Below the pieces are notes generated by a model. It had not been told where the DNA came from. It did no database searches and saw only the letters and a program-made list of their open reading frames with translations. The translations under genes were made by a program, and so were the position numbers. Shown one piece after another: positions 36,946 through 45,610 of a stretch of 64,000 nucleotides of DNA. The stretch is from the NCBI GenBank assembly GCA_943354165.1, contig CALRBH010000001.1:16828-80827 (forward strand), written 5' to 3'. Each line of letters starts with the position of its first letter. Position 1 is the first letter of the stretch. This DNA is from Candidatus Uhrbacteria bacterium RIFOXYB12_FULL_58_10. GTDB lineage: Bacteria; Patescibacteriota; Patescibacteriia; UBA9934; GWF2-40-263.

Positions 36946-38322
36946 TTACGTTTTAACGTTTGCGACGGAGCGCGCGGTTTTTACCTTGATGCGAATAGGC
37001 GTTCCGGAAATGTCGATCTGTTCGCGGAGGCGGTTTTCGAGGAAGCGGAGATAGCTTGGGTGAAGCACGTCTTCCGTCTTTGCCTTAATCGTAAGGTGAT
37101 AGGAAGGAGGAGCCACGCCGGTCTGGGTGAAGCCGAGGGCGGTTGGATAGGCGGGGCCCTTGTGGCGGCTTGGGAGATGCTTCTTCACGGCGCTGCGGAG
37201 GAAGGTGTCGAGTTCCGCGTCCGTGGCCTGCGCGTACCGGTGCGACTGCACAAGGTCCACAAGTTCGAAAATCTTTTCGATGCGCTGGCTCGTGAGGGCA
37301 GAGACGAAGATCACGGGGGCCCAGGACATGTATGGAATGGAATTCACGAGCATGCGTTCAAACGCGTTTATGGTCTCTGGCGTCTTGTTTGGAATGAGAT
37401 CCCACTTGTTGACGACGATGATGACGCCCGCGCTACTTTCCTGAACGAGTCCGGCAAGCGTGCGTTCCTGGGAGGCGATCGGCGCGGTGGCATCGACGAC
37501 GAACAATACGACGTCTGCGCGGTGGACGACGTTCTGCGAACGTTCAACGCCGAGCGCTTCGAGTCCGCCTTCTTCGCGTACCTTGTACATCTTGCGGATG
37601 CCGGCGGTGTCGATGAGGACGTATTGGCGACCATCGATTTCAAGACGAGCATCGTTTGGTTCACGAGTCGTGTGAGCAATCGGAGAAGTGATGAATCGCT
37701 TCTCGCCGAGAATGGCGTTGAGAAGGGAAGACTTGCCGACGTTCGGACGTCCGATGACGGCGATGCGTGTCGCTTCAATACGTGAAAGTTCTGCGGGAGG
37801 CTTTCCGAGTTTCGCGAGCGTTTCCCAGACATGATCCAACATGTCGCCGACACCCATGCCGCGAAGGGCAGAGACCGCGTATGGAGTTGGGAGGCCGGCC
37901 AGGCGCCATTCCTTGGTGTTGATGCTGAGCGAGTCCGCGATGCGCTCGGCTTTGTTTGCGACAACGATGACAGGAACGCCCCCGTCACGAAGTCGTGCGG
38001 CGATCTCAAGATCCTGCGGGAGAGGTCCGGAGCGGACATCGGTCACAAAAATGATCAGGTCCGCCGTCTTCATGGCAATTTCAGACTGGGCGACAACGTT
38101 GTGTTCAATATCGCTTACGAGCTCGACGTCGAGTCCGCCCGTGTCTACGATCTTGATGGCCCGTCCACGCCAAAGACACTCACCCTCGGCGCGGTCGCGG
38201 GTGGTGCCGGCGACCGGGGAAACAAGCGCCCTGCGGCTTTCCGTAAGGCGGTTAAAAAGGGTGGATTTGCCGACGTTGGTTCGACCAATGAGGGCAATAA
38301 CCGGGACTTTATTGGAATTCAT
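36946..38322 (-). CDS. der: Ribosome biogenesis GTPase Der (EngA)
   Basis: Two G domains (GRTNVGKS, GRPNVGKS; DTGG/DTAG; NKAE/NKWD) plus KH-like tail. Confidence 0.96.
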   Translation of the reverse strand: MNSNKVPVIALIGRTNVGKSTLFNRLTESRRALVSPVAGTTRDRAEGECLWRGRAIKIVDTGGLDVELVSDIEHNVVAQSEIAMKTADLIIFVTDVRSGPLPQDLEIAARLRDGGVPVIVVANKAERIADSLSINTKEWRLAGLPTPYAVSALRGMGVGDMLDHVWETLAKLGKPPAELSRIEATRIAVIGRPNVGKSSLLNAILGEKRFITSPIAHTTREPNDARLEIDGRQYVLIDTAGIRKMYKVREEGGLEALGVERSQNVVHRADVVLFVVDATAPIASQERTLAGLVQESSAGVIIVVNKWDLIPNKTPETINAFERMLVNSIPYMSWAPVIFVSALTSQRIEKIFELVDLVQSHRYAQATDAELDTFLRSAVKKHLPSRHKGPAYPTALGFTQTGVAPPSYHLTIKAKTEDVLHPSYLRFLENRLREQIDISGTPIRIKVKTARSVANVKT

Positions 38323-38346
38323 ATCAACACAGCTCAATGTACGCTT

Positions 38347-39888
38347 TTATTTTCGTACCAGGTTCTCTGCGTTATCCCCCAAAATCACCAAAAAGTCAAT
38401 GTTCTCTCCGGTGGCCAGATGCTCAAAATCCTCGGGTGTCAGGGCCATGGATTTTGGGATGACGTCTCCGCTCGCGATCCATCCGGTCGCGGAAAGAGTG
38501 ACGTCCGCTTCAAGAAGTTCCTTGAGGGCCTTCAAATCCGCTGGGCGCTTTCCATCTGTGAGGTCGTAGATGACGGTGTGTTCAAATCCGCGGGACTTTG
38601 CGTTCCCGACCTTCACAACCTGGAATCCCTGCTTGTCGATGATTTGTGATGTGCGGAATCCGAGCCCGCTCACTGTGGTTCCGTTTTGAATTTCCACTTT
38701 TACGAACTTTGGCTTGATGGGAGCGGTCGCCGTAAGGGAAGGAGACGTTTCGAAAATGGCATCAGCCAGGCGCTGGAGCGATCCCCAGTCATCGTTCTTT
38801 GGCAACAGGACGTAGGCGCCGTTCATGGAGGTGGCGTAGAGCGGGGATTCCGGAGACGCATCGAGAACATGGTTCGCGATCTTGGACGCATCGAAATCTT
38901 TTAAGAGCGTTGCGAGACGGGCGAGTTCCCAGATCTCGAAGTTGGTGGCGATGTTGTCGCGCACCGTGTCGAGGATGCGGGCAATCTTTGCCGGGTTGAG
39001 AACGGTGGAGACGGAGAGTAATTTTTCGCGCATGGCGAGAATGATTTTCTGCTGGCGGCGCGAGCGTGCAAAATCCGACGCCTCGCCGTTGCTTCCGTGG
39101 CGCGAGCGAACGAACTTGAGAGCGGTGTCTCCGTCCATGTGCGTCCATCCCTCCTTAAACGAGAGTCGTTCAAAGCGGCAGGAGTAATCGACAGGTGCGG
39201 GAGGTATGACGGGAACCGTTTCTGCGGTGGTGGTTTCAGGAACAGCTTCAACAACCGGAGCGGGCGTTCCGCCGCAGTTGGCACTTTCCTTTCCGAGAAT
39301 CGGATACTCACTATCCACAAACGCTTTATCCACAAACACTTCCACACCGCCGATGTCATCGATCAGCTTGGCGAATCCACTGAAGTCTACGCGGACATAG
39401 TACTGAACAGACTCATCGAGGACGCTTCCGACCACTTCGCTTGCGAGGCCTGGGCCAGTTCCCGGTTCCGTATTTTCTCCGAACGCGTTTGCGTGGTTTA
39501 TTTTGCGCCAGCCGTAGCCTGGGATGGGGACGGACAGGTCACGGGGAATGGAAATCATCCCCACCTCTTTTGTGGAAGGTTTTACGCTTGCAAACAGCAT
39601 GGTATCAGAGAGCTGTGGACCATCGTGTCCGGCTCCGCCTACGCCCAACAGAAGAATGTTGATCCGATCTTCCGCTTCTCCGTTTAAACGTTTTTCTCCT
39701 GCCCCCACAAAAGACCGGATGAGCGCGAGCGGAGAGAAGGAAGGGAATGCCCCAGCGGCTTCCGTGTTGGAATGGATGTTCCAGGACAGGGCAATACCGA
39801 GGGCTGCCAGAAAAATTCCCACGGTAAGGAGGACTTTTTTTACACTCAATTTGCGCGGTTTTGGCGCGGGGAGCTCCTCTTCATTCAT
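38347..39888 (-). CDS. LCP (LytR-CpsA-Psr) family protein with LytR_C domain
   Basis: TM anchor; INILLLG, SDTM, SIPRDL, KINHA, FVRSRH, SDFARSRRQQ; VEIQNGT..GLG. Confidence 0.92.
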   Translation of the reverse strand: MNEEELPAPKPRKLSVKKVLLTVGIFLAALGIALSWNIHSNTEAAGAFPSFSPLALIRSFVGAGEKRLNGEAEDRINILLLGVGGAGHDGPQLSDTMLFASVKPSTKEVGMISIPRDLSVPIPGYGWRKINHANAFGENTEPGTGPGLASEVVGSVLDESVQYYVRVDFSGFAKLIDDIGGVEVFVDKAFVDSEYPILGKESANCGGTPAPVVEAVPETTTAETVPVIPPAPVDYSCRFERLSFKEGWTHMDGDTALKFVRSRHGSNGEASDFARSRRQQKIILAMREKLLSVSTVLNPAKIARILDTVRDNIATNFEIWELARLATLLKDFDASKIANHVLDASPESPLYATSMNGAYVLLPKNDDWGSLQRLADAIFETSPSLTATAPIKPKFVKVEIQNGTTVSGLGFRTSQIIDKQGFQVVKVGNAKSRGFEHTVIYDLTDGKRPADLKALKELLEADVTLSATGWIASGDVIPKSMALTPEDFEHLATGENIDFLVILGDNAENLVRK

Positions 39889-40179
39889 AGGCAAACAGAA
39901 TAGAAGCAGTATAGCGCGAATAACACATGTATTCAAGAGGAGAATCTGCTATACTTTCATTCTCTGTCTCTCCATATCCATTCGTATTTCACCAACCGTA
40001 GAGCAAGGAATTTTATCAGCATTGCCGCAACCCACGAAGAAATCTTTTATTTCTGGTTTGGGAACGCCTGCGGGTACGGAGCCCCGTTTAAGGTCGTTCC
40101 AACGCGCTAGCTTCCCCATAATTCACCGCTTGCTTTTCCCTGTTTCCCGTGCTAATCTCACGCAGCATTCCGCCCCTGC

Positions 40180-40256
40180 GGACGTTTAGCTCAGCTGGTT
40201 AGAGCGCACCGTTCACATCGGTGAGGTCGGAGGTTCGAGTCCTCCAACGTCCACCA
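40180..40256 (+). tRNA. tRNA-Val(CAC)
   Basis: GGACGTT/AACGTCC acceptor stem; CACCG-TT-CAC-AT-CGGTG; CCA. Confidence 0.95.
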
Positions 40257-40298
40257 GCCTTCGCTGAAGCTTCGGCTGGCGGAGCCATTATCATTTTC

Positions 40299-40913
40299 AT
40301 GTTAGAACATCCGCATCACGGTGGAGTGGATACCTTTTGGCATCGGAAGCTCGGGCCTGTTTTGGGTGCCGTTGCCGTCTTCCTCATTGAGGTCATCCAG
40401 ATCGTCATTATTTCCGCGGCGATCATTATTCCGGTCCGATATTTCCTGATCCAGCCGTTTTACGTGAAGGGCGCAAGCATGGAGCCGAATTTCTACGATA
40501 ATGAATACCTCATTATCGACGAACTCTCCTACCGTCTGCAGGATCCGGAACGCGGGGAAATCGTCGTGTTCCGCTATCCTCGTGATCCGAGTCAGTTTTT
40601 CATCAAACGTGTCATCGGTCTCCCTGGTGAAACTGTGGAAGTGAACGATGGGAAGGTCCTCATCTATACGACAGAGCATCCAAATGGAATCATTCTCGAG
40701 GAATCGTATTTAGAAGGAGCGCTGACAGAAGGAAAGAAAAAGACCACTCTTGCCGCTGGAGAGTATTTCCTCTTTGGGGACAATCGTGGAGAAAGCATGG
40801 ATTCCCGGTCCTTTGGTCCGGTAAAACGTTCCTTGATCATCGGCCGTGTCTGGCTTCGAGGATTGCCGCTTTCCCGCGTAAAACTGTTTGAAACGCCGAA
40901 GTATGGGCTGTAG
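40299..40913 (+). CDS. lepB: Signal peptidase I
   Basis: VKGASMEP, RGEIVVF, FIKRVIGLPGE, GDNR..SMDSR. Confidence 0.95.
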   Translation: MLEHPHHGGVDTFWHRKLGPVLGAVAVFLIEVIQIVIISAAIIIPVRYFLIQPFYVKGASMEPNFYDNEYLIIDELSYRLQDPERGEIVVFRYPRDPSQFFIKRVIGLPGETVEVNDGKVLIYTTEHPNGIILEESYLEGALTEGKKKTTLAAGEYFLFGDNRGESMDSRSFGPVKRSLIIGRVWLRGLPLSRVKLFETPKYGL

Positions 40914-41003
40914 TAAGTAAAAAGTAGTTAGTAGAAAGTAGTCAAAAACTATTTTCTACGCTGAAACTACTAACTACTAACTACTAACTACTATCTACTA
41001 ACT
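40911..41003. repeat. Inverted heptamer-repeat hairpin, TAGTAAG family copy 2
   Basis: AGTAGTTAGTAG ... (ACTACTA)x4 between lepB and hisS. Confidence 0.85.
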
Positions 41004-41017
41004 TACGATCCCACGAT

Positions 41018-42469
41018 ATGTTCCCTAAGAAGCGTCCACAACCACCAAAGCCACCGGCTGAACCAAAGCCAGGGGATCCGCCTATAAAGAAGGGAAAGGC
41101 CCCTCCAGAACTTTTGCGTGGATTCCGCGATATTCTTGCGGAAGAGCAGCCTCGCTGGCAGTTGGTGCGCGATACCGTGCGTACCATGGCCGAGGCGTAC
41201 AGTTTTGACCGCATCGATCTTCCCATCCTTGAGCGTTCCGAGGTGTTTTTGCGCCCACTCGGGAAGAATACGGACGTCGTGGAAAAAGAAATGTATTCCT
41301 TTGAGGATCCGGGCGGAGACAAGGTATCCCTACGTCCTGAGGCTACGGCCCAGGTTGCCCGCGCCTACGTAAATCACGGCATGCTGAACCTGCCACAGCC
41401 GGTAAAGGTTTGGTATGAGGGGCCGATGTTCCGTCATGATCGTCCACAGGCCGGCCGATTCCGCCAGTTCAACCAGTTTGGATTTGAAGTGATCGGCGTT
41501 CCGGAAGCGATTGTGGATGCGCAGCTCATCGTGATTGCTACCCAGATCTTCAAGGATCTTGGGCTGGACGTGAGCGTACAGATCAATTCCATTGGGACAG
41601 TTGAATCCCGCCAGGCTTACCTTACGGAGCTCGTAAACTATTTCCGCCCACATCGCAGCAAGCTGTCTGAGGACGACAAGCGTCGCCTTCAGAAGAATCC
41701 ATTGCGCATCCTTGATAGCAAGGACCCGGTTGTTGTGGAGCTTCTTGTTGGAGCGCCACAGATCGTGGACTGGCTGGATGAAGATGCCAAAAATCACTTC
41801 ATGAAAGTGATCGAGTTCTTGGACGAGATGCACGTGCCGTACGTCCTGAACCCACACTTGGTGCGTGGGCTCGACTACTACACGCACACCGTGTTTGAAA
41901 TTTTCCTCGCGGGAGACGAGCCGGAGCGCGCGCAGTCCGCCCTCGGCGGCGGCGGACGTTATGACGGTCTCCTGGAGATGATTGGCGGTCGCCCAACGCC
42001 TGCTTGCGGATTCGCCGTGGGGATTGAACGCGTGGTCAAAGCGCTTGGAGAGAAGGGAATCCACCCACCTCCACGCCGCCGCCCACAGGTCTTCTTTGCC
42101 CAGCTCGGAGATGCGGCGCGGCGCGTCGGTCTCAAATTGTTTGAGGAGTTTCGCAAGGCGGACATTCCGGTGGCGGAAGCCTTCGGGAAAAACGCCCTCA
42201 AGGCGCAGCTCGAAGTTGCCAACAAGCTCGCGGTTCCGTTTACCCTTATTCTTGGGCAAAAGGAGGTGCTCGATGGCACCATTATCGTCCGGGACATGGA
42301 CTCCGGCGCCCAGGAAATCGTGGACGGCGCCAAGGTGGTTGCCCTCGTAAAGCGCAAGTTGGCGCATGCGAGCGACATACTGGTCACTCCTGCCTCTGCC
42401 GGAGCCCCCGCAGAAGCCGAGGTACCGGAAATCGATCCAGACCTTGACGCCCAGGACGCGTTTCGGTAA
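41018..42469 (+). CDS. hisS: Histidine--tRNA ligase
   Basis: KEMYSF, LRPEATA, FRHDRPQAGRFRQF, LVRGLDYY, GGGRYDGL. Confidence 0.97.
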   Translation: MFPKKRPQPPKPPAEPKPGDPPIKKGKAPPELLRGFRDILAEEQPRWQLVRDTVRTMAEAYSFDRIDLPILERSEVFLRPLGKNTDVVEKEMYSFEDPGGDKVSLRPEATAQVARAYVNHGMLNLPQPVKVWYEGPMFRHDRPQAGRFRQFNQFGFEVIGVPEAIVDAQLIVIATQIFKDLGLDVSVQINSIGTVESRQAYLTELVNYFRPHRSKLSEDDKRRLQKNPLRILDSKDPVVVELLVGAPQIVDWLDEDAKNHFMKVIEFLDEMHVPYVLNPHLVRGLDYYTHTVFEIFLAGDEPERAQSALGGGGRYDGLLEMIGGRPTPACGFAVGIERVVKALGEKGIHPPPRRRPQVFFAQLGDAARRVGLKLFEEFRKADIPVAEAFGKNALKAQLEVANKLAVPFTLILGQKEVLDGTIIVRDMDSGAQEIVDGAKVVALVKRKLAHASDILVTPASAGAPAEAEVPEIDPDLDAQDAFR

Positions 42470-42512
42470 TCTCTCGCAAGTAACGGATAATATTCATTGA
42501 GTTGAAATCCCT

Positions 42513-42767
42513 GTGGTAGACGTAAAACGCCGCAAAAGTGAAAGTTTCGAAGCTCTGTTCCGCCGGTTTTCCCGGCGCGTGCAGCAGAGTGGCCGGCTCA
42601 TCCAAGCTCGGAAGATTCGGTTTTTTGAACCGCTTCCAAGCAAGAACCGCGTACGCGAAGGCGCCCTGCGCCGTCTCGATATCCGGGATGAACGCGAGTA
42701 CCGCATCAAGACCGGTCAGCTCGTAGAGGAAGAGCGTGGCGCCCGCCGCGGTCCAAAGAAATCATAA
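42513..42767 (+). CDS. rpsU: 30S ribosomal protein S21
   Basis: VKRRKSESFEALFRRFSRRVQQSG; conserved rpsU-yqeY order. Confidence 0.75.
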   Translation: MVDVKRRKSESFEALFRRFSRRVQQSGRLIQARKIRFFEPLPSKNRVREGALRRLDIRDEREYRIKTGQLVEEERGARRGPKKS

Positions 42768-42770
42768 GCG

Positions 42771-42887
42771 AAGGTTTGGGAGGTTTGGGAAGTCCGGAAG
42801 GTTTGGTCCTTCCGGATTTTGCTTTTTCGCGTATACTTTTCCCATTAACCTCCCCAACCTTACGAACGTCCCAAACATCCCCAACCT
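42771..42887. repeat. Inverted nonamer-repeat element
   Basis: AGGTTTGGGAGGTTTGGGAAGTCCGGAAGGTTTGG ... CCCCAACCTTACGAACGTCCCAAACATCCCCAACCT. Confidence 0.75.
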
Positions 42888-43616
42888 ATGAATCTGCAAG
42901 AACAAGTCAAAGCCGACGTTGTCCTCGCGATGAAAGCGAAGGAAGCTGCAAAGCTTTCCACACTCCGATTGCTGAAATCCGCTCTCACCAACAAAGAGAT
43001 CGAATCCGGCGCGCCGCTCACGGATGAGGTGGCACTTGTGGTGGTGAAGGCACAGGTGAAACAGCTCAAGGATTCGCAAGCCTCGTATGAAGCCGCGAAT
43101 CGCGCGGACGACGTCGCTTCCGTGAAGGCGGAAGTCGCCGTGCTCGAAGCATACTTGCCGGCACAGATGTCTGATGACGCATTGCGCGCGGCCGTTTCGG
43201 GCGCATTATCTGCGGCAGGTATTTCTGCAAAAGCGGATATGGGGAAGGCGATGGGGATCGGGATGAAGGCCGCGGCAGGACAGGCTGACGGCGCCCGCGT
43301 GAAGGCGATGGTCGAATCGATCCTCGTCGTATTCGTGTTGCTTCTGATTCTTGCGCCGACCGCGGCACTGGCAGCGACGAATACGGGCATCTCTCCGCTC
43401 ATTCCGCTTGGCATCAAGATTTTCCGCGCGTTTCTTCTCATGCTCGGCATCGTCTGCGTGAACATGATTCTTATGGGCGGATTTGAGGTGATGGTGGCGG
43501 GCGGGCGGGACGATGGGCACCATCACGGGATGGAAAAGATGACTACGGGATTCATCGGCAGCATGGTCATTGCCGCGCTTTTCTCCGCCGCTACCGTGGC
43601 TATCGATCAGCTTTAA
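42888..43616 (+). CDS. GatB/YqeY domain protein fused to a pilin-like membrane module
   Basis: AMKAKE..KLSTLRLLKSAL, YLPAQMS, DMGKAMG, ADG; then ~95-aa hydrophobic tail with 3 TM-like segments. Confidence 0.85.
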   Translation: MNLQEQVKADVVLAMKAKEAAKLSTLRLLKSALTNKEIESGAPLTDEVALVVVKAQVKQLKDSQASYEAANRADDVASVKAEVAVLEAYLPAQMSDDALRAAVSGALSAAGISAKADMGKAMGIGMKAAAGQADGARVKAMVESILVVFVLLLILAPTAALAATNTGISPLIPLGIKIFRAFLLMLGIVCVNMILMGGFEVMVAGGRDDGHHHGMEKMTTGFIGSMVIAALFSAATVAIDQL

Positions 43617-43617
43617 A

Positions 43618-43688
43618 AGTAGATAGTAGTAAGTAGTTAGTAGTTAGTAGAACAAAAACTACTAACTACTTACTACTATCTACTAACT
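43618..43688. repeat. Inverted heptamer-repeat hairpin, TAGTAAG family copy 3
   Basis: AGTAGATAGTAGTAAGTAGTTAGTAG ... CTACTAACTACTTACTACTATCTACT. Confidence 0.88.
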
Positions 43689-43750
43689 GCGTTCAGAATA
43701 GTGTAGAATATATCCACAACGGAGGACGCTTTGTCCTTACGTCGCTTTCC

Positions 43751-45604
43751 ATGCTCATGCGACGCAACCCCACCACATTCCTGCGCGTTGTCGCGCGCAA
43801 CAGGCCAGCTAAGCTGGCCATGGCTACGGTTGTTTTCACGATCGGGCTTTTTGCGTTCCTCCTGCATCCGGACTCGGCGTTTGCCCAGACGGCGTTTGAG
43901 CAGTTCGGTTCCACCACGCGGTTGGGCCAGGAGAGTCTTCCTATTATCATCGCACGTATTATCCGGGTGGTGCTTGGCACGCTCGGGATCATCACGGTGG
44001 TACTTCTCCTGTACTCAGGCTTCCTCTGGATGACGAGCGCGGGGGATCCGAAGAAGATTGAACGCGCCAAGTCCATCATCAAGAACGCCGTCATCGGGCT
44101 CCTGATTATTTTTTCCTCCTTCGCGATTACCCAGTTCGTCTTGAACGCCTTGTTGCGTGCAACAGGGCTGGGAGGCATTTCCGGAAGAGATGCGGGCGCC
44201 TTCATCGAACCAAACTCCGGTTCCCTTGGGGCTGGGGTGGTGCAGGACCACTATCCGCCGCGCAACGCCGTGGATATTCCGCGCAACGCCAAGATTTTCG
44301 TGACGTTCAAGGAACCTGTGGATCCATCTACGGTGATTGCTGGGTTTGTTGAAGGCGCAACACCGCAGAGCAACGCTCTTGATCCGGACGCGGTCGCCAT
44401 TGTCGCGTCTGAACCTCCAAACAGCCTGCCGCTTCCTGGGAATTTGGTGGCCGTGTCTGTGAGTGAAGATCGCAAGACATTCGTGTTTGATCCTACCGAG
44501 CTGCTCGGTTCGGCGACACGGGATACGAACTACACCGTTTCGCTTACCGGCAACATCAAGCTCGCCAACGGACGCGATGCGTTTACGGGTGTATTTTCAA
44601 GCGGGTATTCCTGGACCTTCCAAGTCTCCACGGTCGTGGACCTCACGCCGCCGCAAGTGGTTTCCACAACGCCTACTTCCGGGGCCGAGCATTTCCCGAA
44701 TTCACTTGTCCAGATCACGTTTAACGAACCGATGGACCCGGTGGCCTCAACGGGAACGCAGAATCCTCCTACGAAAAATTTTACCAACATTTCCGTATTT
44801 AACGGCCCTGTTGCTACTGGAACGCGCGTGACAGGAACGTTCTCCATCGGCAATGGCTATCGCACGCTCGTATTCGTTCCAGACGTGCTATGCGCCAAGG
44901 ACCAGTGCGGCAGTGACGTGTTCTGCCTGCCAGTGAGCAGTCCGATCAATGTCGTCGCACGGGCCGCTACGCTTTCTACAGATCCTCCACAGGCCGTGCT
45001 GATCGGCGTTTCCTATGACGGCATCGTGGATGCGGCAGGGAACAGTCTCGACGGGGACGAAGACGGAATTGCCGAGGGTCCTGGTGCGGATTCCTATGGG
45101 GATCTGCAATTCACGACTGGAGACAAGGTGGACGCCCGCCAGCCGACGATCATCGCCGTGGATCCAAACTTGAATGAAGGGGAGATTGCAACGGATCGTC
45201 CCGTGACGGCCACATTCTCCATGCCGCTTATGGCCACGAGCGTGAACGGTTCGAGCGCCCAGATGTGGCCGGACCCTGACCATGAAATGTTCTTCGTGCC
45301 GCGCGTAGATGCCGTTACCGGAACTCCTCCGGCCAGATGTGAGGCGGATGGATGCTCGCGAGTTCAAATCCTCCATGGAGCCTTCCTGCCTCTTGATGTC
45401 GAAGGCGGGCCGTATTCCTACTATCCGATGCTCACCAAGGACATTAAGGGCAGCAACCAGTTCTGCATGTATCCGGCGAGCGGGCCTGCAGAAACGGGTT
45501 CTTGCGTCGCAACGCTTGCACGGCCGTTCTGCTGCAACGGCGTCGCGCAGAGAGACGCCTGTACAACCATCGGCACGAATCGTTCGCTTCCCCCTACGCC
45601 ATAA
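43751..45604 (+). CDS. Surface protein: VirB2/TrbC-like pilin module plus Ig-like (SbsA/Big_5-like) domains
   Basis: Signal ending AFA; YSGFLWMTSAGD..KI..AK..IKNAVIGL; three P..V....P...TF.EP[MV]D-like units; exact start uncertain. Confidence 0.8.
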   Translation: MLMRRNPTTFLRVVARNRPAKLAMATVVFTIGLFAFLLHPDSAFAQTAFEQFGSTTRLGQESLPIIIARIIRVVLGTLGIITVVLLLYSGFLWMTSAGDPKKIERAKSIIKNAVIGLLIIFSSFAITQFVLNALLRATGLGGISGRDAGAFIEPNSGSLGAGVVQDHYPPRNAVDIPRNAKIFVTFKEPVDPSTVIAGFVEGATPQSNALDPDAVAIVASEPPNSLPLPGNLVAVSVSEDRKTFVFDPTELLGSATRDTNYTVSLTGNIKLANGRDAFTGVFSSGYSWTFQVSTVVDLTPPQVVSTTPTSGAEHFPNSLVQITFNEPMDPVASTGTQNPPTKNFTNISVFNGPVATGTRVTGTFSIGNGYRTLVFVPDVLCAKDQCGSDVFCLPVSSPINVVARAATLSTDPPQAVLIGVSYDGIVDAAGNSLDGDEDGIAEGPGADSYGDLQFTTGDKVDARQPTIIAVDPNLNEGEIATDRPVTATFSMPLMATSVNGSSAQMWPDPDHEMFFVPRVDAVTGTPPARCEADGCSRVQILHGAFLPLDVEGGPYSYYPMLTKDIKGSNQFCMYPASGPAETGSCVATLARPFCCNGVAQRDACTTIGTNRSLPPTP

Positions 45605-45610
45605 AACGTT

